Assembly (NCBI RefSeq): GCF_963921235.1
Contig: NC_086108.1
Location: 55,244,001-55,308,000 of the forward strand
Length of the DNA stretch: 64,000 nt
Reading direction: 5' to 3'
Source: Mobula hypostoma
Taxonomy: Eukaryota
How positions within the stretch are numbered: the stretch's first letter is position 1; every line of letters starts with the position of its first letter. Of the stretch, positions 1 through 11,406 are shown one piece after another. Under the pieces are notes generated by a model. That model made no database searches and was not told the origin of the DNA. It was given only the letters and a program-made list of their open reading frames with translations. Made by a program: the position numbers and the translations under genes.

Positions 1-945
1 GAATTGAACCACTGTTTGGTCTATGTATTCCACTGAGCTTTATTGTCAGAGGGTGATGCTGTACAGCAGGGACAGGTGGTGGATGACCTTTATCTTCAGT
101 GTATTAACTAAGCTTTGCTTCAGGTAACAAGTTGACAATAACAACCTTTCCACATGTCTGGACCCCAAGCACCAAGCTGTTTTCTGTAGCTGGTGACTGC
201 AGCTGGAGTGCTATTAATCTTAGAGAGTAGGTGATTTACGATGAATGATTTACCACTTGAGCTGTAGATTAGCTTCGTGGCGGCAGATAGTCTGAGCAGC
301 GACTGTCCTGATGCAGGCTTTTGACCAGAAATGTTAACCATACCATGGCCTTTCCAGCTGCTGCTCCACCCACTGGATCCATCCTGCAGTTTACTTTTTG
401 CTCCAGAGAGCAGTGTACAGACTTGCATTTTGCTCTGCTGCCACAGCCCAAGGTCTCCAGATGCTTTGACATCGATATCACCGTATTAAATGAAAGATAA
501 TAGGCAGGTGAGGACAAACTCAGAACTCAACTAATGGGTAAATCTTCTGGAAGGGCACTGTGGGTGGACATGGATTTTCAATGAAAAAGTGAAGGGATGG
601 AAGAACAATGAGTTAAACAGCATTTGTGGAGGCAAGTCTATTTTTCTGAGAATACAAATTGGATAGGCATGGACGTTGCTGTCAATAATGAGCTAATCCT
701 ATAACTCAGAATCTCCCCTTGTTGGTCAAGCAAAAGTCTTATGGCCTTCCAACTTACTTTACCAGAGGAACAGTTTGGTAGGGACGTCAGAATTTACACC
801 CCAATCCTAATTCTTTGGGTGCGGCAATTAATCAACGTTTATTTAGCATTCTTCATCAAAACACATTATCCTGGCAAAATTATAGTACAACATGACGATC
901 TTGAGGTTTCACCACAGAGTGTTCGTATTTACACATAAATAGACG

Positions 946-954
946 ACTTACCTG
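946..954 (-). other. Consensus 5' splice donor (CAG|GTAAGT) of a leftward-transcribed first exon
   Basis: Plus-strand ACTTACCTG is the reverse complement of CAGGTAAGT and lies at the left edge of the CpG-rich region. Confidence 0.45.
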
Positions 955-1506
955 CCAAAAAACGGGCAGCAGCCGCTGACGTAATCAGCGTAGCGGAACC
1001 CAGGGCGAGTTAATTGCAAAGCTACGCCCCTTTTCAATGCCTTTGCGCATGTTACTGGTACTACACTTTGCACTTCATTCAAATGCATGCGGAAAACCAG
1101 ATGGAGCTGTCAGAGGGAGACAGATAAATGTACGGCACCTTGCCAGGCTAGAAATGGGGCTGTAAATACAGAGAGCGGCAGGAGACTGTCGCATTGCCCA
1201 GGAACCTGACCTTCCTTAGCAACACTGCCTTCACTTGAGAGTGGGATCAAGTAGCCCGATAGGACACTGGACGTGGAGCGCAATAGCCCGCAGGAACCGG
1301 ACACCACCGCTCGCGTGAGCCAGGCAGCCGGAGAGCAGAGGCTCGAGCTTCAGCTGGACATTCACCAGCAGCACGGGCTCGACTGTTGGACACCGAGAGG
1401 GACAGTCTGACGAGGCTTTCAAACGCTTAGGTTTATTTTTAATCCCACTCTTCGCCACCTCGTTTTCCCACCTTCAGTCCGACGACAACACTTGTCTTCC
1501 GATTCC

Positions 1507-1515
1507 AAGGTAAGA
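1507..1515 (+). other. 5' splice donor (AAG|GTAAGA) of a rightward-transcribed, probably non-coding first exon
   Basis: Strong donor at the right edge of the CpG-rich region; no convincing upstream ORF. Confidence 0.45.
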
Positions 1516-4500
1516 CTCGGGGAATAATCCGTAGTGTGCTGAGTTTGTGTTCACATTCTTATAGACATAAGCAGATAACAGATGAGCTGCACTGTACGGT
1601 TCCCGGTGAACACTCACAACAAACAATGCACAGTCGACAGAGGTTTCTTCTTCTTGGGCTGCCCTACTTGGGTGCTAGCAAGTACTTGGCTGATCTTGTA
1701 TTTTATTTGTATTCCGTTTTAGTAAATTATCCATTGCCCCTCCCCCTTCCCATCACCCTTGCATCATTTTAAAAGACGTTTTAAAATACACAAATTCCTT
1801 GTGGCCCAGAATGGCACGTGTTGGAATATACACTCCCAGAACTGACCAGCTGAACTCCTGTTAAAATTTTGTGTGTTTTGAAGAGTTTTCTTGTCTTTGT
1901 ATGGTCGCTAGCAATATAGGCTGGAACAAACTCGTGCCTTCCCTCCCTTTCATTGGTTGATAAAGCTGTGCAAACGTACCGACCAGAGGGTGATTTCGAA
2001 CGGCTTGATTGTAAGAAGGTTCCCTTCCATATCTTCACTTTTTCCATCTGAAACACCGAAGCGCTGAATGTACTGTATCTGCTCTTTTTATACACAGAAT
2101 ACAAAGAAACACTATTTTTAGCTGCAGTGTTTAGTCTTCCTGTTTGCTAAGCATAGCAAATAGATCGTAAACCTATAAACGTCCAATCCTGCAATTGTTG
2201 TGAGGACATCCAAATGGAGTTCAATGATTGAAACAAGACAAACCATCACCGAACAATAATGCAGTTTTGATCAGAAAATATTCATGGAGAATTTTGTATC
2301 AAACCGAAAGAAAATAGCTTTAGGATTTGATCATAGGCATCGTACAAATTTTTCCGATGTCTTCGCAAACTTATAAAATGAAAGCGTGTTACCAGTCCAC
2401 TTATTAATGGCAAAAACACGATGCCCTGTTGGTATAATTGACAGGTTCAGCAAATCCTGATTAATTGATTTTCGAATTCGAGTGCGTTCAAAATAAAAAA
2501 AACGTATTTCTGTTTCTTCAAGTTTAGTTTTGACTGTTATGGACATAGTAAGTTTTTTTTTAATGTGTTTGCCCATTAATATCATGTACTAAAACACTTG
2601 TGATATTAGAATCTTTGGCATTTCTTGCTTTATTAGTTCTTCCGTCAGGAGATACAGGACAATTGAACATTTAGACACTCCATTGTAGAAAGAATATTGA
2701 AGTAGAAAGGAAGCTTGAAATGTTGCATTTGTTCACTGGACCATTCTGACTTTCCAAACAAAATTGTAAAACTGAATTCTTGTTTTGCCAAAAGAAAGCA
2801 TGTTAATGGATACTAAATTGTTTTGAAAACCTTGTCTTACTGTCCATACATATCAATTGATTGTGACAGTGTATTGAGGAGGTACAAGGTAAAATATAAA
2901 CACGGCAGAATAAAATGTTACAGTACAGTAAAAGTGCAGTATGGGTCCATCAGGGACATTGTTAAGCATCAGATTGCACAGTAAGTAAGTAACAAATGAA
3001 AAAGGATATTTTGATTTAAATTGAGAAACTTGAAGAGTTTCCACACAAAGTAACTACTGTTGAAACCAAATAAACCGTGACATTTGATAGGAGACTAAAT
3101 TTAAACCCCCTACAGAGTAAGCATTGAGAAGTAGCATCGCTAATAGTTTTGGGGGAGAGCTAGTACTGATGCAAGAATAAACTGAACAGTGTTGAAATGT
3201 ATGCATATCTGTGTATCTCAAAATATAGGAGAGGCTGCATTCATCACAGATGTGATATAGCTGGCATCCCATAAGGATGTGTCTAAAACCTATAATTTTT
3301 ACACAGATTTGTGTTTCGGAAACAAAATCGACCAGAATTCATGCTCTTTTTGAGGTTTGTGGGTCTGTAGCTGCTGTAGAATGAGAACTGCAGCAGTCAA
3401 ACAAGCTGTTAATCTGGACCTTCCCCTGTGTTAACCAACTCTAATGTGTTTAAAATTTAAATACTTCCCAGTTGTATAAAGATGCTTGTTTATAGAATGA
3501 ATTGTTTAATGTGAATAGTGCATTATAAATTTTAATTTGCCTGAATCCTCATTTGTTAAATAAGCAGCTGCAGGCACTGCAATAACTCATCTGATTGTCC
3601 TACTCATTTGCACTCGAGTAAGGATGATGCTGGTTAAATTTCCGATTAATTTGAATAGACTGGCACATAAGCACCACAGATACTGCTGACTGGCAATAGG
3701 CAGACATTGATGTTCACAAACTCCAAAGCATGGAGTGCTTTTTATTGGCCTCTAGTGGCTAATGAGATTTCTAGTAAAATTTCAACTATACTATTGTTTG
3801 GCCTAGATTTATTTCTGTGTCGCCTGAATGGTTTTCCATCTTTCATCTTCATAAACCTGAGTCTTTCTACCCAGACTCTTCCTCTTGTCCATCAACTCCA
3901 CAGAGTTAATCTCCATAGGCTCCCAATCTATTTCCATGGGCTCAGGCCCCTCTGTGGCCTCAAACCCTTCCTCCCACCCCCATCCCTAGAACCTATCTGG
4001 CCCAGTTGCTGGATCTGTTCTGCTAACTCTGCATTCTTGTGCATTTTGCAACATAGCTGTCAGGTTTTTGTTGTCTGGATTTTGACTTCAGGATTACCTA
4101 TGTTGTCTTATGACTCCACTCTTAAAATGCATTTTCATATCTAACCCTTAACTAAGGTTTTGGTACATGTCCTAACATCTTTTTCTATGAAATTGTCAGC
4201 TTTTTCATCTTGTTTAATCTTGTATGGAGCTTTTTTGCACAAAATACCTCCTTATGTAACATAAATGCAAGTTAGTAATGTCATAGTGAAGAGATGTCTT
4301 CAGATTTTAATTGATAAATTAGTTTATTATTGTCAAAATGTACTGTGGTGTAATGAAAAACCTGTACACTGTACATCAATTCATTACAGCAGTACAACAA
4401 TACAAGGTAAACCAGGAGTGCAGAAGAGTGTTGCAATTAGAGAGAAAGTACAGTGCAGTTAAGTGCAAGGCCATTACAAGGAAGACTGAGGTCGAGTTAA

Positions 4501-5669
4501 GTTAGCATATTAGGTAATTGTATATTGTCTTATAACAATGGGATAGATGCATGCTTTCAGACTTTTGTATCTTCTGCCTGATGGGAGGGGGGGAAAAATG
4601 AATGTCCAGGGTAGGGGTATATTTGATTATGCTGTTAGCTTTACCAAGGTAGAGAGTCCATGGAGTGGAGGCTGGCTTCCATGATGTGCTGAATTGTGTT
4701 TTCAACTCTCTGTAGTCTCCTTTGGTCACAGGCAGAACAGTTGTCTTATAGAGCCATGATGTATCTGGATTGGATGCTTTCTAAAACTGGTGAGGGTCAA
4801 AGGAGATGTGCCATATGTTTTTGGGCTCCTGAGGAAGTAGTGATGTTGGTGTGCACTCTTGACTGTAGTATTTATGTGGTTGGATTAAAAAAAAGGTTAT
4901 TGGTGATGTTCTCTCCTAGGAATATGAAGCTCTCAACTTTCTCAACTTCAGCACCATTGAATTAAACAGGAGCATGTGCACTGTCCCCCTTCATGAACTC
5001 AATGACCGGCTATTTTGTTTTCCTGGCACTGAGGTAAAGGTTGTTCTTGTGACATCATGCCATAGGCTCTCTCTCTCACTCCTTTTCCTGTACTCCATTA
5101 TTATGAGATACAGCCCACTATGGCTGTATCATCTGTAAACTTGTATATGGAGTCGGAGGAGTATCTGGCCACACAGTCTTGAGTGTATGGGGATTATAAT
5201 AGGGGGCTGAGGACACACACTTGAGGGGAACTAGTGTTGATAATCGTGATTGAGGTGTTGATACCTATCTGTATTGATTGCAGTCTGTTGGTTGGGAAGT
5301 CAAAGTATTCGGCTGCAATGAGAGGAGGTGTCTCAGTCTCGCAGTTTGGAGATCAGTTTGTTTGGAATGATAGTATTGAAGTTGAAGCTGTAGTTAATAA
5401 ACAATAGTCAAATGTTGGTGTTTTTATGGTCCAGATGCTCCAGAGATATGTAGGGAATTGCCATGCACTGTAGACCAGATTCAGTAACAGGTAAGTTGCA
5501 GTAGGTCAAGGTTGTCTTGGAGGCTGGAGTCAATATATGCCATGACCAGCTTTTTGAAGCACCCATGATGGAAGCCAAAGCTACCGGGCATAGACATTGA
5601 AGTATATTACTTGGTTTATTCAATAGCTGGATGATAGTCATGCCCTTAAGCAAGTGGGAATCTTCTATT

Positions 5670-6056
5670 TGTTGCATAAATTAAGTCACTGGAGAAAAGT
5701 ACTGGTAGAAATGAAGCAGCCTCTTTATTTGACTAAACAAGGTACAGCAAGCATCATATTGATAGTCCTTCAGTGGAAACGTCTGACTGGCCTAATGCTA
5801 CCTGATATTTTGTGTGGCAAACATTAAAGGACAATCCCATATTTACAATATATCCACAATGCTTTCTTTGAAACTACACATAAACTTCACATCTCTGAAA
5901 TCACACTCACACCACAGATGTCTAAATGAATTCTGATCATCATTGTCCAGTCTGGGAGCTGCACTTTAAATTTAAATCTACAATCTATATTCAGAATTGA
6001 AGATCGGTGGCTGAAGTTATTTACTAAATGTTCAAAACCCAAAAATCGCTCTAGCA
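5670..6056 (-). repeat. ERV 3' LTR
   Basis: TGTTGCAT...CTCTAGCA; direct repeat of 10102-10509; minus-strand AATAAA at ~5724-5729. Confidence 0.88.
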
Positions 6057-6068
6057 GTCCCTGCTCTT
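6057..6068 (-). other. Polypurine tract (AAGAGCAGGGAC)
   Basis: Purine-rich run immediately 5' of the 3' LTR on the minus strand. Confidence 0.65.
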
Positions 6069-6779
6069 GGCCGTCCTGGACAAAAATAAATTTGTAGCAG
6101 AAAGGCCAAACTCAAATAGGGCAGCAGAAATGCCCTGCCATGGAATTCCCTCAATTACATTATGTGCATTTACCTCTAGCCTATCTTCCCTAATGGTACC
6201 TACAAAATGCTAAGCAGAGTGATTGTTCCAGAAATTTGAACAACAGTCTTTAGAAATGTAGCTTTGTTTGTATGCCTTTTGGCTCTTTCCCCATTGGCTG
6301 GTTACAGCTTAATCAAATTTCTTGTCTTCACCCCTTCACTCTCTTTCCAGAGGCACCAGCAAGTTAAGTTCATCAAGCTCAAGGGTCCTCTCATTAATGC
6401 ACAGGAAGGGGCTGGGGTGGGCTCTATTTGAATGACTGCAAGGACCTCTCCCTCATGGCACTAACTTCCGAATTGTCCAGTTGATCGCTGACCCCAGCCA
6501 CTGAAAGGGGCTAGCTCGCCTGCATTCAGCCTTGGGATGACTGCCTTCAGAGGCCATGTGCAATCTTTCTCAGGTTGCCATGCCATCAAAGTTATGGAAC
6601 CTGATGTCTCTGCTTTAACTCTGTGTCCTGTGGTCACCTTCCCGTTTCCTGTGGGTGTGTTTCCATTAACTGTGAGCAGGTCTGGTGTGGTCGGCTGATG
6701 TTCATCTCTTAGGTTCTCTGTAACTACATGTTTACTGGGTACACTTGATTCCCCGGCTCTCTCTGGGGGCAATGTGAAG

Positions 6780-7760
6780 ATGAGTCGTACAGTGTAACCC
6801 GAGTCCAGTGTTTCCTCTGACTACCTCGCCGAGTCTGCACACAGGCGCAAGTGTCACTTGTTAAAAGTGCTGTCTGTGGTCCCATTCATCTGGGAGCAAG
6901 CCCTGCTCTTTTCTGGCAGCACCCTCACCATGTCTTGGTCACCCTGCTATCTCCTTTCCATCTGGCTCTCTCTCTCTGATCAGCAATGTGCTGCTGTTGT
7001 TTTGCTTGGCCCTTTAACATATTAAGTTGGTTACAAAGGTCCTTCGCATACTGTCATTCTATCCCTGAAAGTCCCAAGCTCACTGCAACCTATAATTACC
7101 CCATCAGAGAGTCACATGGCTTGCCCTATCAGTAATTCGTAGGGGACTGAGACCCAGCGTGCGGTTTGGGGTTGCTCGCAATCTCATCAGAATTCCTGGT
7201 AGTACATTAACCCATGTCTTTCCCATCTCAGCTATAGCTTTGGCTAAGGCATTCTTGATTGTAAGGCATCCTTTCTCCTATTCCTGAACTCTGAGGGTGG
7301 TAGGGTATGTAGAACTATTGTTGATTCCCTAAGAGTCAGCATATTTCCCTAATCACTTTCCCTGTGAAATGTGCTCCTTGATCTGAGTCCACCTGGACTG
7401 GGGTTTCCCACCTTGGGAGGATTTCTTGAACTAGAATTGGTGTTGATCCTTGTTGGGAAAGCCTTTACCCGCTGGATGATGTGATCTATAACTACTAGAC
7501 AACTGCTGTTTGGCAGGGGCCCTGTGAAGTCCATCTGGATGTTATCCCAGGGTCCCCTTGGCCATGGCTAGTTTGTCAGCTGTGGCTTTAAGCCCTTACC
7601 AGAGTTATACTGGGCATAAGTGGTACTACAGTAGCAGAGCTTCTCAACGTCCCCAACCATCCCTAGCCACCACTAGTCTAGCCAAAGTCTTGTGATCATG
7701 CTCTGTCTTCCCTGATGTATCACCCTCTGGTATGACATCAGGAGGATCTTCCTAATGCAT
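6780..7760 (-). pseudogene. pol: Retroviral integrase remnant
   Basis: Degenerate zinc-finger region (HQG...WW..M..DV...AQYN), WDNIQMDFTGPLP, SDQGAHFTG, FYIPYHPQSSG, C-terminal PR*MGPQTALLTSDT...HWT; contains stops and frameshifts. Confidence 0.85.
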
Positions 7761-7909
7761 GGTGGGGCCACTGCAACTCCTTCCACCCCATGGGTCCAGA
7801 TCCTATCTGGTCCCTTTTCTCCCTTTCTCCTCTATATATTTTTTTTATTAAACTGTTTTAAGTCATTTCTTCCTGCACACTTGTAATTTCAATTGCCTCT
7901 TGTTCCTCT

Positions 7910-8858
7910 GTTTTCTTCACATTGATGTCTGCCCACTCATTTCCTTTCTGCTCCTTACTCTCCCCTTTCTGGTGAGCTTTTACTTTAATTGCTGCCACCT
8001 CTGCTGTCAGGCTCACTGCTTCCAGCTGTTGTTGTATTAGGTACCCGTGCTGAATACCTGCCCATATGCTCGTCGTGCCAATGCCATCAGATAATCACGC
8101 TCACCCTGACGGCATACCGGCTGTCTGTGTATGCGTCGCTTAATGTCCACGATACATTCTGTGAAATTGGACGTTATATGATTTGGACGTTGTGCAAACA
8201 CCATATTATATACTTAGCAAACCTATATGGAGTTCTGTAGTGTACCTGTATTGACTAAATAGCCAAGAACTTGCACTAAAACTGTATACTGTACACTATA
8301 ATACATACACTATAATTTTTAATTTCATTTTAACCTTTTTATTTTTTTTCACTTTTTAAACTTTTATGTAAACACTTTCTTAGCCTATATCACACACAAT
8401 TTATCAAAGATGATCAGGATTGTCCACATCACTGTTCTCAACTTCCCCATAGTGTTCCACTGGAAGAGTTTCAGGTTGAATAACCTGCATTTGGAACCCA
8501 TGATGCACTTTACGGTAATATTTTCAAAATAAAATTAAACAGAGAGATAATGCTACTTCACTCAAGAAACACGCGATACACGAGATTGGTTATGTCTGCT
8601 ATGTCACGTTCTCCGATCAGGACTATGGACGTATATGCGATTGGACGTTGTCCGAATGGACGTTAAGCGGCGCACACCTGTATATTTGTTCGTCTGCCTT
8701 TACTGTAGGGTAGTGCTTCTATCAGGGCCACCGGCTCTGCCACCTGGACTGAGAAGCCCCCCGGGAGTGCTCCTGAATCTAATTTGTCACCAGTTTGCTT
8801 CACCATGGCTCACCCAGTCCGTGGCTTACTGTCTATGAAACTCCAAGACCCATCCGTT
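7910..8858 (-). pseudogene. pol: Retroviral-type RNase H remnant, split by a Tigger-like MITE
   Basis: TDGS...G*AMV...SVQVAEPVALIEAL...KGRRTNI|YTDSRYA...VAAIKVKAHQKG...GNEWAD. Confidence 0.85.
8132..8680. mobile_element. Non-autonomous TcMar-Tigger (Tigger3/Golem-like) element
   Basis: Termini TGCGTCGCTTAATGTCCA and TGGACGTTAAGCGGCGCACACCTG are inverted repeats resembling Tigger3 ends; flanked by TA on both sides; the left TIR tip is missing. Confidence 0.75.
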
Positions 8859-9047
8859 TTTTTAAAAAAAATCCTGTTCTTCCCCTTCCAGAGGTTGTTC
8901 CTTCACACTGGTATCTTCTTCCTATTTCTACTTGGCTCTTGTGTGTCTCCCCCCTCTGTTAGGATGGTGCTCATGGGATTCATTCCACTATTGTTACTGA
9001 CTTGTGAACAACTGTCAGTGGTTCAGTTTTTATAGGATACTGCTTAC

Positions 9048-9377
9048 ATAGAAACATAGAAACGTAGAAAATAGGTGCAGGAGTAGACCATTTGGCCCTT
9101 CGAGCCTGTACCACCATTCAGTACGATCATGGCTGATCATCCAACTCAGAACCCTATACCTGCCTTCTCTCCATACCCCCCGATCCCTTTAGCCACAAGG
9201 GCCTTATCTAACTCCCTCTTAAATGAACTGTTTCCTGTGGCAGAGAATTCCACAGATTCACCACTCTCTGTGTGAAGAAGTTTTTCCTCATCTCGGTCCT
9301 AAAAGGTTTCCCCTTTATCCTCAAACTGTGACCCCTCATTCTGGACTTGCCCAACATCGGGAACAATCTTCCTGCGT
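9048..9377 (-). mobile_element. 5'-truncated CR1-type LINE 3' end inserted in the ERV RT start
   Basis: (ACATAGAA)n tail; flanking CTTAC duplication; ERV frame SSK|QYP rejoins when it is removed. Confidence 0.8.
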
Positions 9378-9579
9378 CTTACTGGATTTATGCAAGCCCC
9401 CTTTTATTTTAACTGGGTGTATCTTTACTCGACTCCACTCTTGCTTGTGTCCAGCCCACACTCCTGGGAACTGCTGACAGTAACCCATGGACATCATTCT
9501 GGCTCCAGTCCCTGATGATCGAAGCTGCTGTGATTACGCTGACCATGTTGTGTACTCCGGTTGTACGTGTTCACTTGTC

Positions 9580-9880
9580 CATATTATTTCTCCCTTTCCT
9601 CAACCTGTAATGGCCATTACTTCCTTTGAGATGTTCTTTCCAAGGATAGCACCCTTGTTATTTGGACAGACCCAGAAGTACAGTGGAGCCTGCACCCTGC
9701 TGATTTCGAGTATCTGTGACTTGCTTCTTTCTGTTTTCAATGTTTTTCCTCTTGCACCTGTAATATTAATAGCCTGTCAAGTTGTTGGCAAGGGTAGGTC
9801 AGTTGTTGATACTGATGCTCCTGTGACAACTAACATATAGCATTGCTAGCCCCCTAACAATGCTGTTGTATACAACTGTG
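9580..9880 (-). pseudogene. pro: Retroviral aspartic protease remnant
   Basis: YMLVVTGASVSTT (catalytic D mutated to V) ... AILGKN, followed by PGVWA...PVKIKG...KQYP (start of RT). Confidence 0.8.
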
Positions 9881-10081
9881 GGATAAGGGTGCTGGCAGTG
9901 GGGGGCCGCTGTGACATCTTTTTCTGCCCTAGAAACCACCTTCAGCAGCTCTATGATCTGACTGACAGTCAGATCGGGTGCTGATGAGGTGAGAGATTGC
10001 ACGTCTGCCGTGACTTTTACCTGCTTTTTTTAAATTATAAATCCAAGAGTATTTTCACTTTGCTCACTTTGATGCAAATAT

Positions 10082-10099
10082 ATCCCACTCCTGACCCCA
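10082..10099 (-). other. Primer-binding site complementary to tRNA-Leu
   Basis: TGGGGTCAGGAGTGGGAT, 2 nt after the 5' LTR; 17/18 match to the vertebrate tRNA-Leu(CAG) 3' end ATCCCACTCCTGACACCA (recalled sequence). Confidence 0.8.
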
Positions 10100-10101
10100 A
10101 A

Positions 10102-10509
10102 TGTTGCATGAATAAAGTCGCGGGAAAAAAGTACTGGTAGATATGAAGCAGCCTCTTTATTTGACAAAACAAGATAGAGCAGGCATCGTTTTGAGACTCT
10201 TTTGGTGGACAGGTCTGGCTGGCTCAACACTACCTGTTATTTTATGTGCTAAACATCAAAGGACACTTCCATATTTACAATGTATCCACAATGCTTTCTT
10301 GGAAATGCACACAAACTTCAAACTTCCTGATTCACACTTGAACCACACCTATCAAAATTAATTTTAATCAGCATTGTCTGGTCAGTAATTCAAGGCTTTG
10401 ATGAATCTATTGTTCAGAGCTGTCTTTTAAATTAAATCTATAATCTATATCCAGATTTGAAGTTTGGTCACTAAAACTATCTGCTAAACCCCAAAAGTCA
10501 CTCTTAACA
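10102..10509 (-). repeat. ERV 5' LTR
   Basis: TGTTGCAT...CTCTTAACA; direct repeat of 5670-6056. Confidence 0.88.
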
Positions 10510-10648
10510 ATATTGAAGCAGGTGAAGTTTAAAAATGTGTGCAGATATACTTGCTGGGCAATCTACATAGGGTCTGAGGACGTTGCCGGGGACACTAGCT
10601 GAGCCAGATGCTTTCAGGGTTCACTCTCCAGAAAACTGATCTTGTTTC

Positions 10649-11406
10649 TGTTACGTGTCCACATTTTTGTTTTCCTGGGAGTCCATAGTTTCGTTTACTG
10701 TGAGCATTACATGTCGCCAGTTTCATTTTACTGGGAGTCCACAGTTTCGTTTCTGTGAGCGTTACCTTATGACATATGCTGATGGTATAAAAGAAATTTG
10801 GACATAGTGCTGAGGAGGAGTTGAAGGAAAGAGAGAGAGAGAGTGAAGATTGTAGACTTCGAGCTGTCAAGGAACAGCTCATGATCAAGAAGGGTAAAGT
10901 CTAATGCTTACCCATACCCAAAGGATTGGGTTAATCAGCGGCACACTGTGCATTGTGGAGACGTATCTGTCCTTCATATGATCCATGAGTGTGGATTTTG
11001 TGACAGTCACTTTGTGAAATCGCTCTTCGTGGTCGTTGGAACAGCATTTCTCGGCTGGGATTATCGGTAACCGTTTCTTCGTTCGCTAGCCGTGGAATCT
11101 TTGGAATTCATCGTGATCGCCTCGTCGCTGCACTGTGAATCCACAAGTCTCTCCTCTCACCTATTTCGTGAATTACTGGGACTCTCTGAACTGCCACTTT
11201 AAGACTGTGCTTCAGTAAGATTTGTTAAGAACGGGTTTGACTGTAAGGGAGCTATAGACGCATAACACTGTTAACTTCTGTTTAAGAAAGTAGTTTATTT
11301 AATTTTCTATATTTTTGAGTAGATGTTAATAAATATAGTGGTTTTAATATTAAAACCCAACTCAATTTGTCATCTCTTGCTGCTGCTATGTTACAGAATC
11401 GTAACA
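10649..11406 (+). mobile_element. Solo LTR of an unrelated LTR element
   Basis: Inverted termini TGTTACG...CGTAACA; perfect 4-bp TSD TTTC; TATAAAA ~10786 and AATAAA ~11328. Confidence 0.85.

Larger units (their letters stand above)
900..1530. promoter_or_regulatory. CpG-rich putative bidirectional promoter / first-exon region
   Basis: Local CpG enrichment against a CpG-poor background; CRE/ATF-like TGACGTAA (~977), NRF1-like TGCGCATG (~1044); outward-facing splice donors at both edges. Confidence 0.55.
5670..10509 (-). mobile_element. Degenerate endogenous retrovirus provirus: LTR-PBS(Leu)-delta gag-PR-delta RT-RNase H-IN-unknown 3' region-PPT-LTR
   Basis: Two diverged ~390-410 bp TG...CA direct repeats; TSD CTATT/ATATT; PBS; PPT; hand-translated pol motifs MLV(V)TGASVS, KQYP, TDGS...YTDSRYA, QMDFTGPLP, SDQGAHF, YHPQSSG. 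Confidence 0.9.

Noticed and set aside
120..517. Possible coding exon (ORFs 120-428 and 269-517; plus-strand AG/GT pair at 124-507)
   Set aside because: No recognisable protein; the plus-strand candidate has stops in all three frames.
3707..4144. 145-aa ORF
   Set aside because: Low-information sequence that resembles an eroded Penelope-like 3' end; no coding support.
9487..9840. 117-aa plus-strand ORF as an ERV antisense gene
   Set aside because: It is the antisense shadow of the decayed protease region; nothing supports function.
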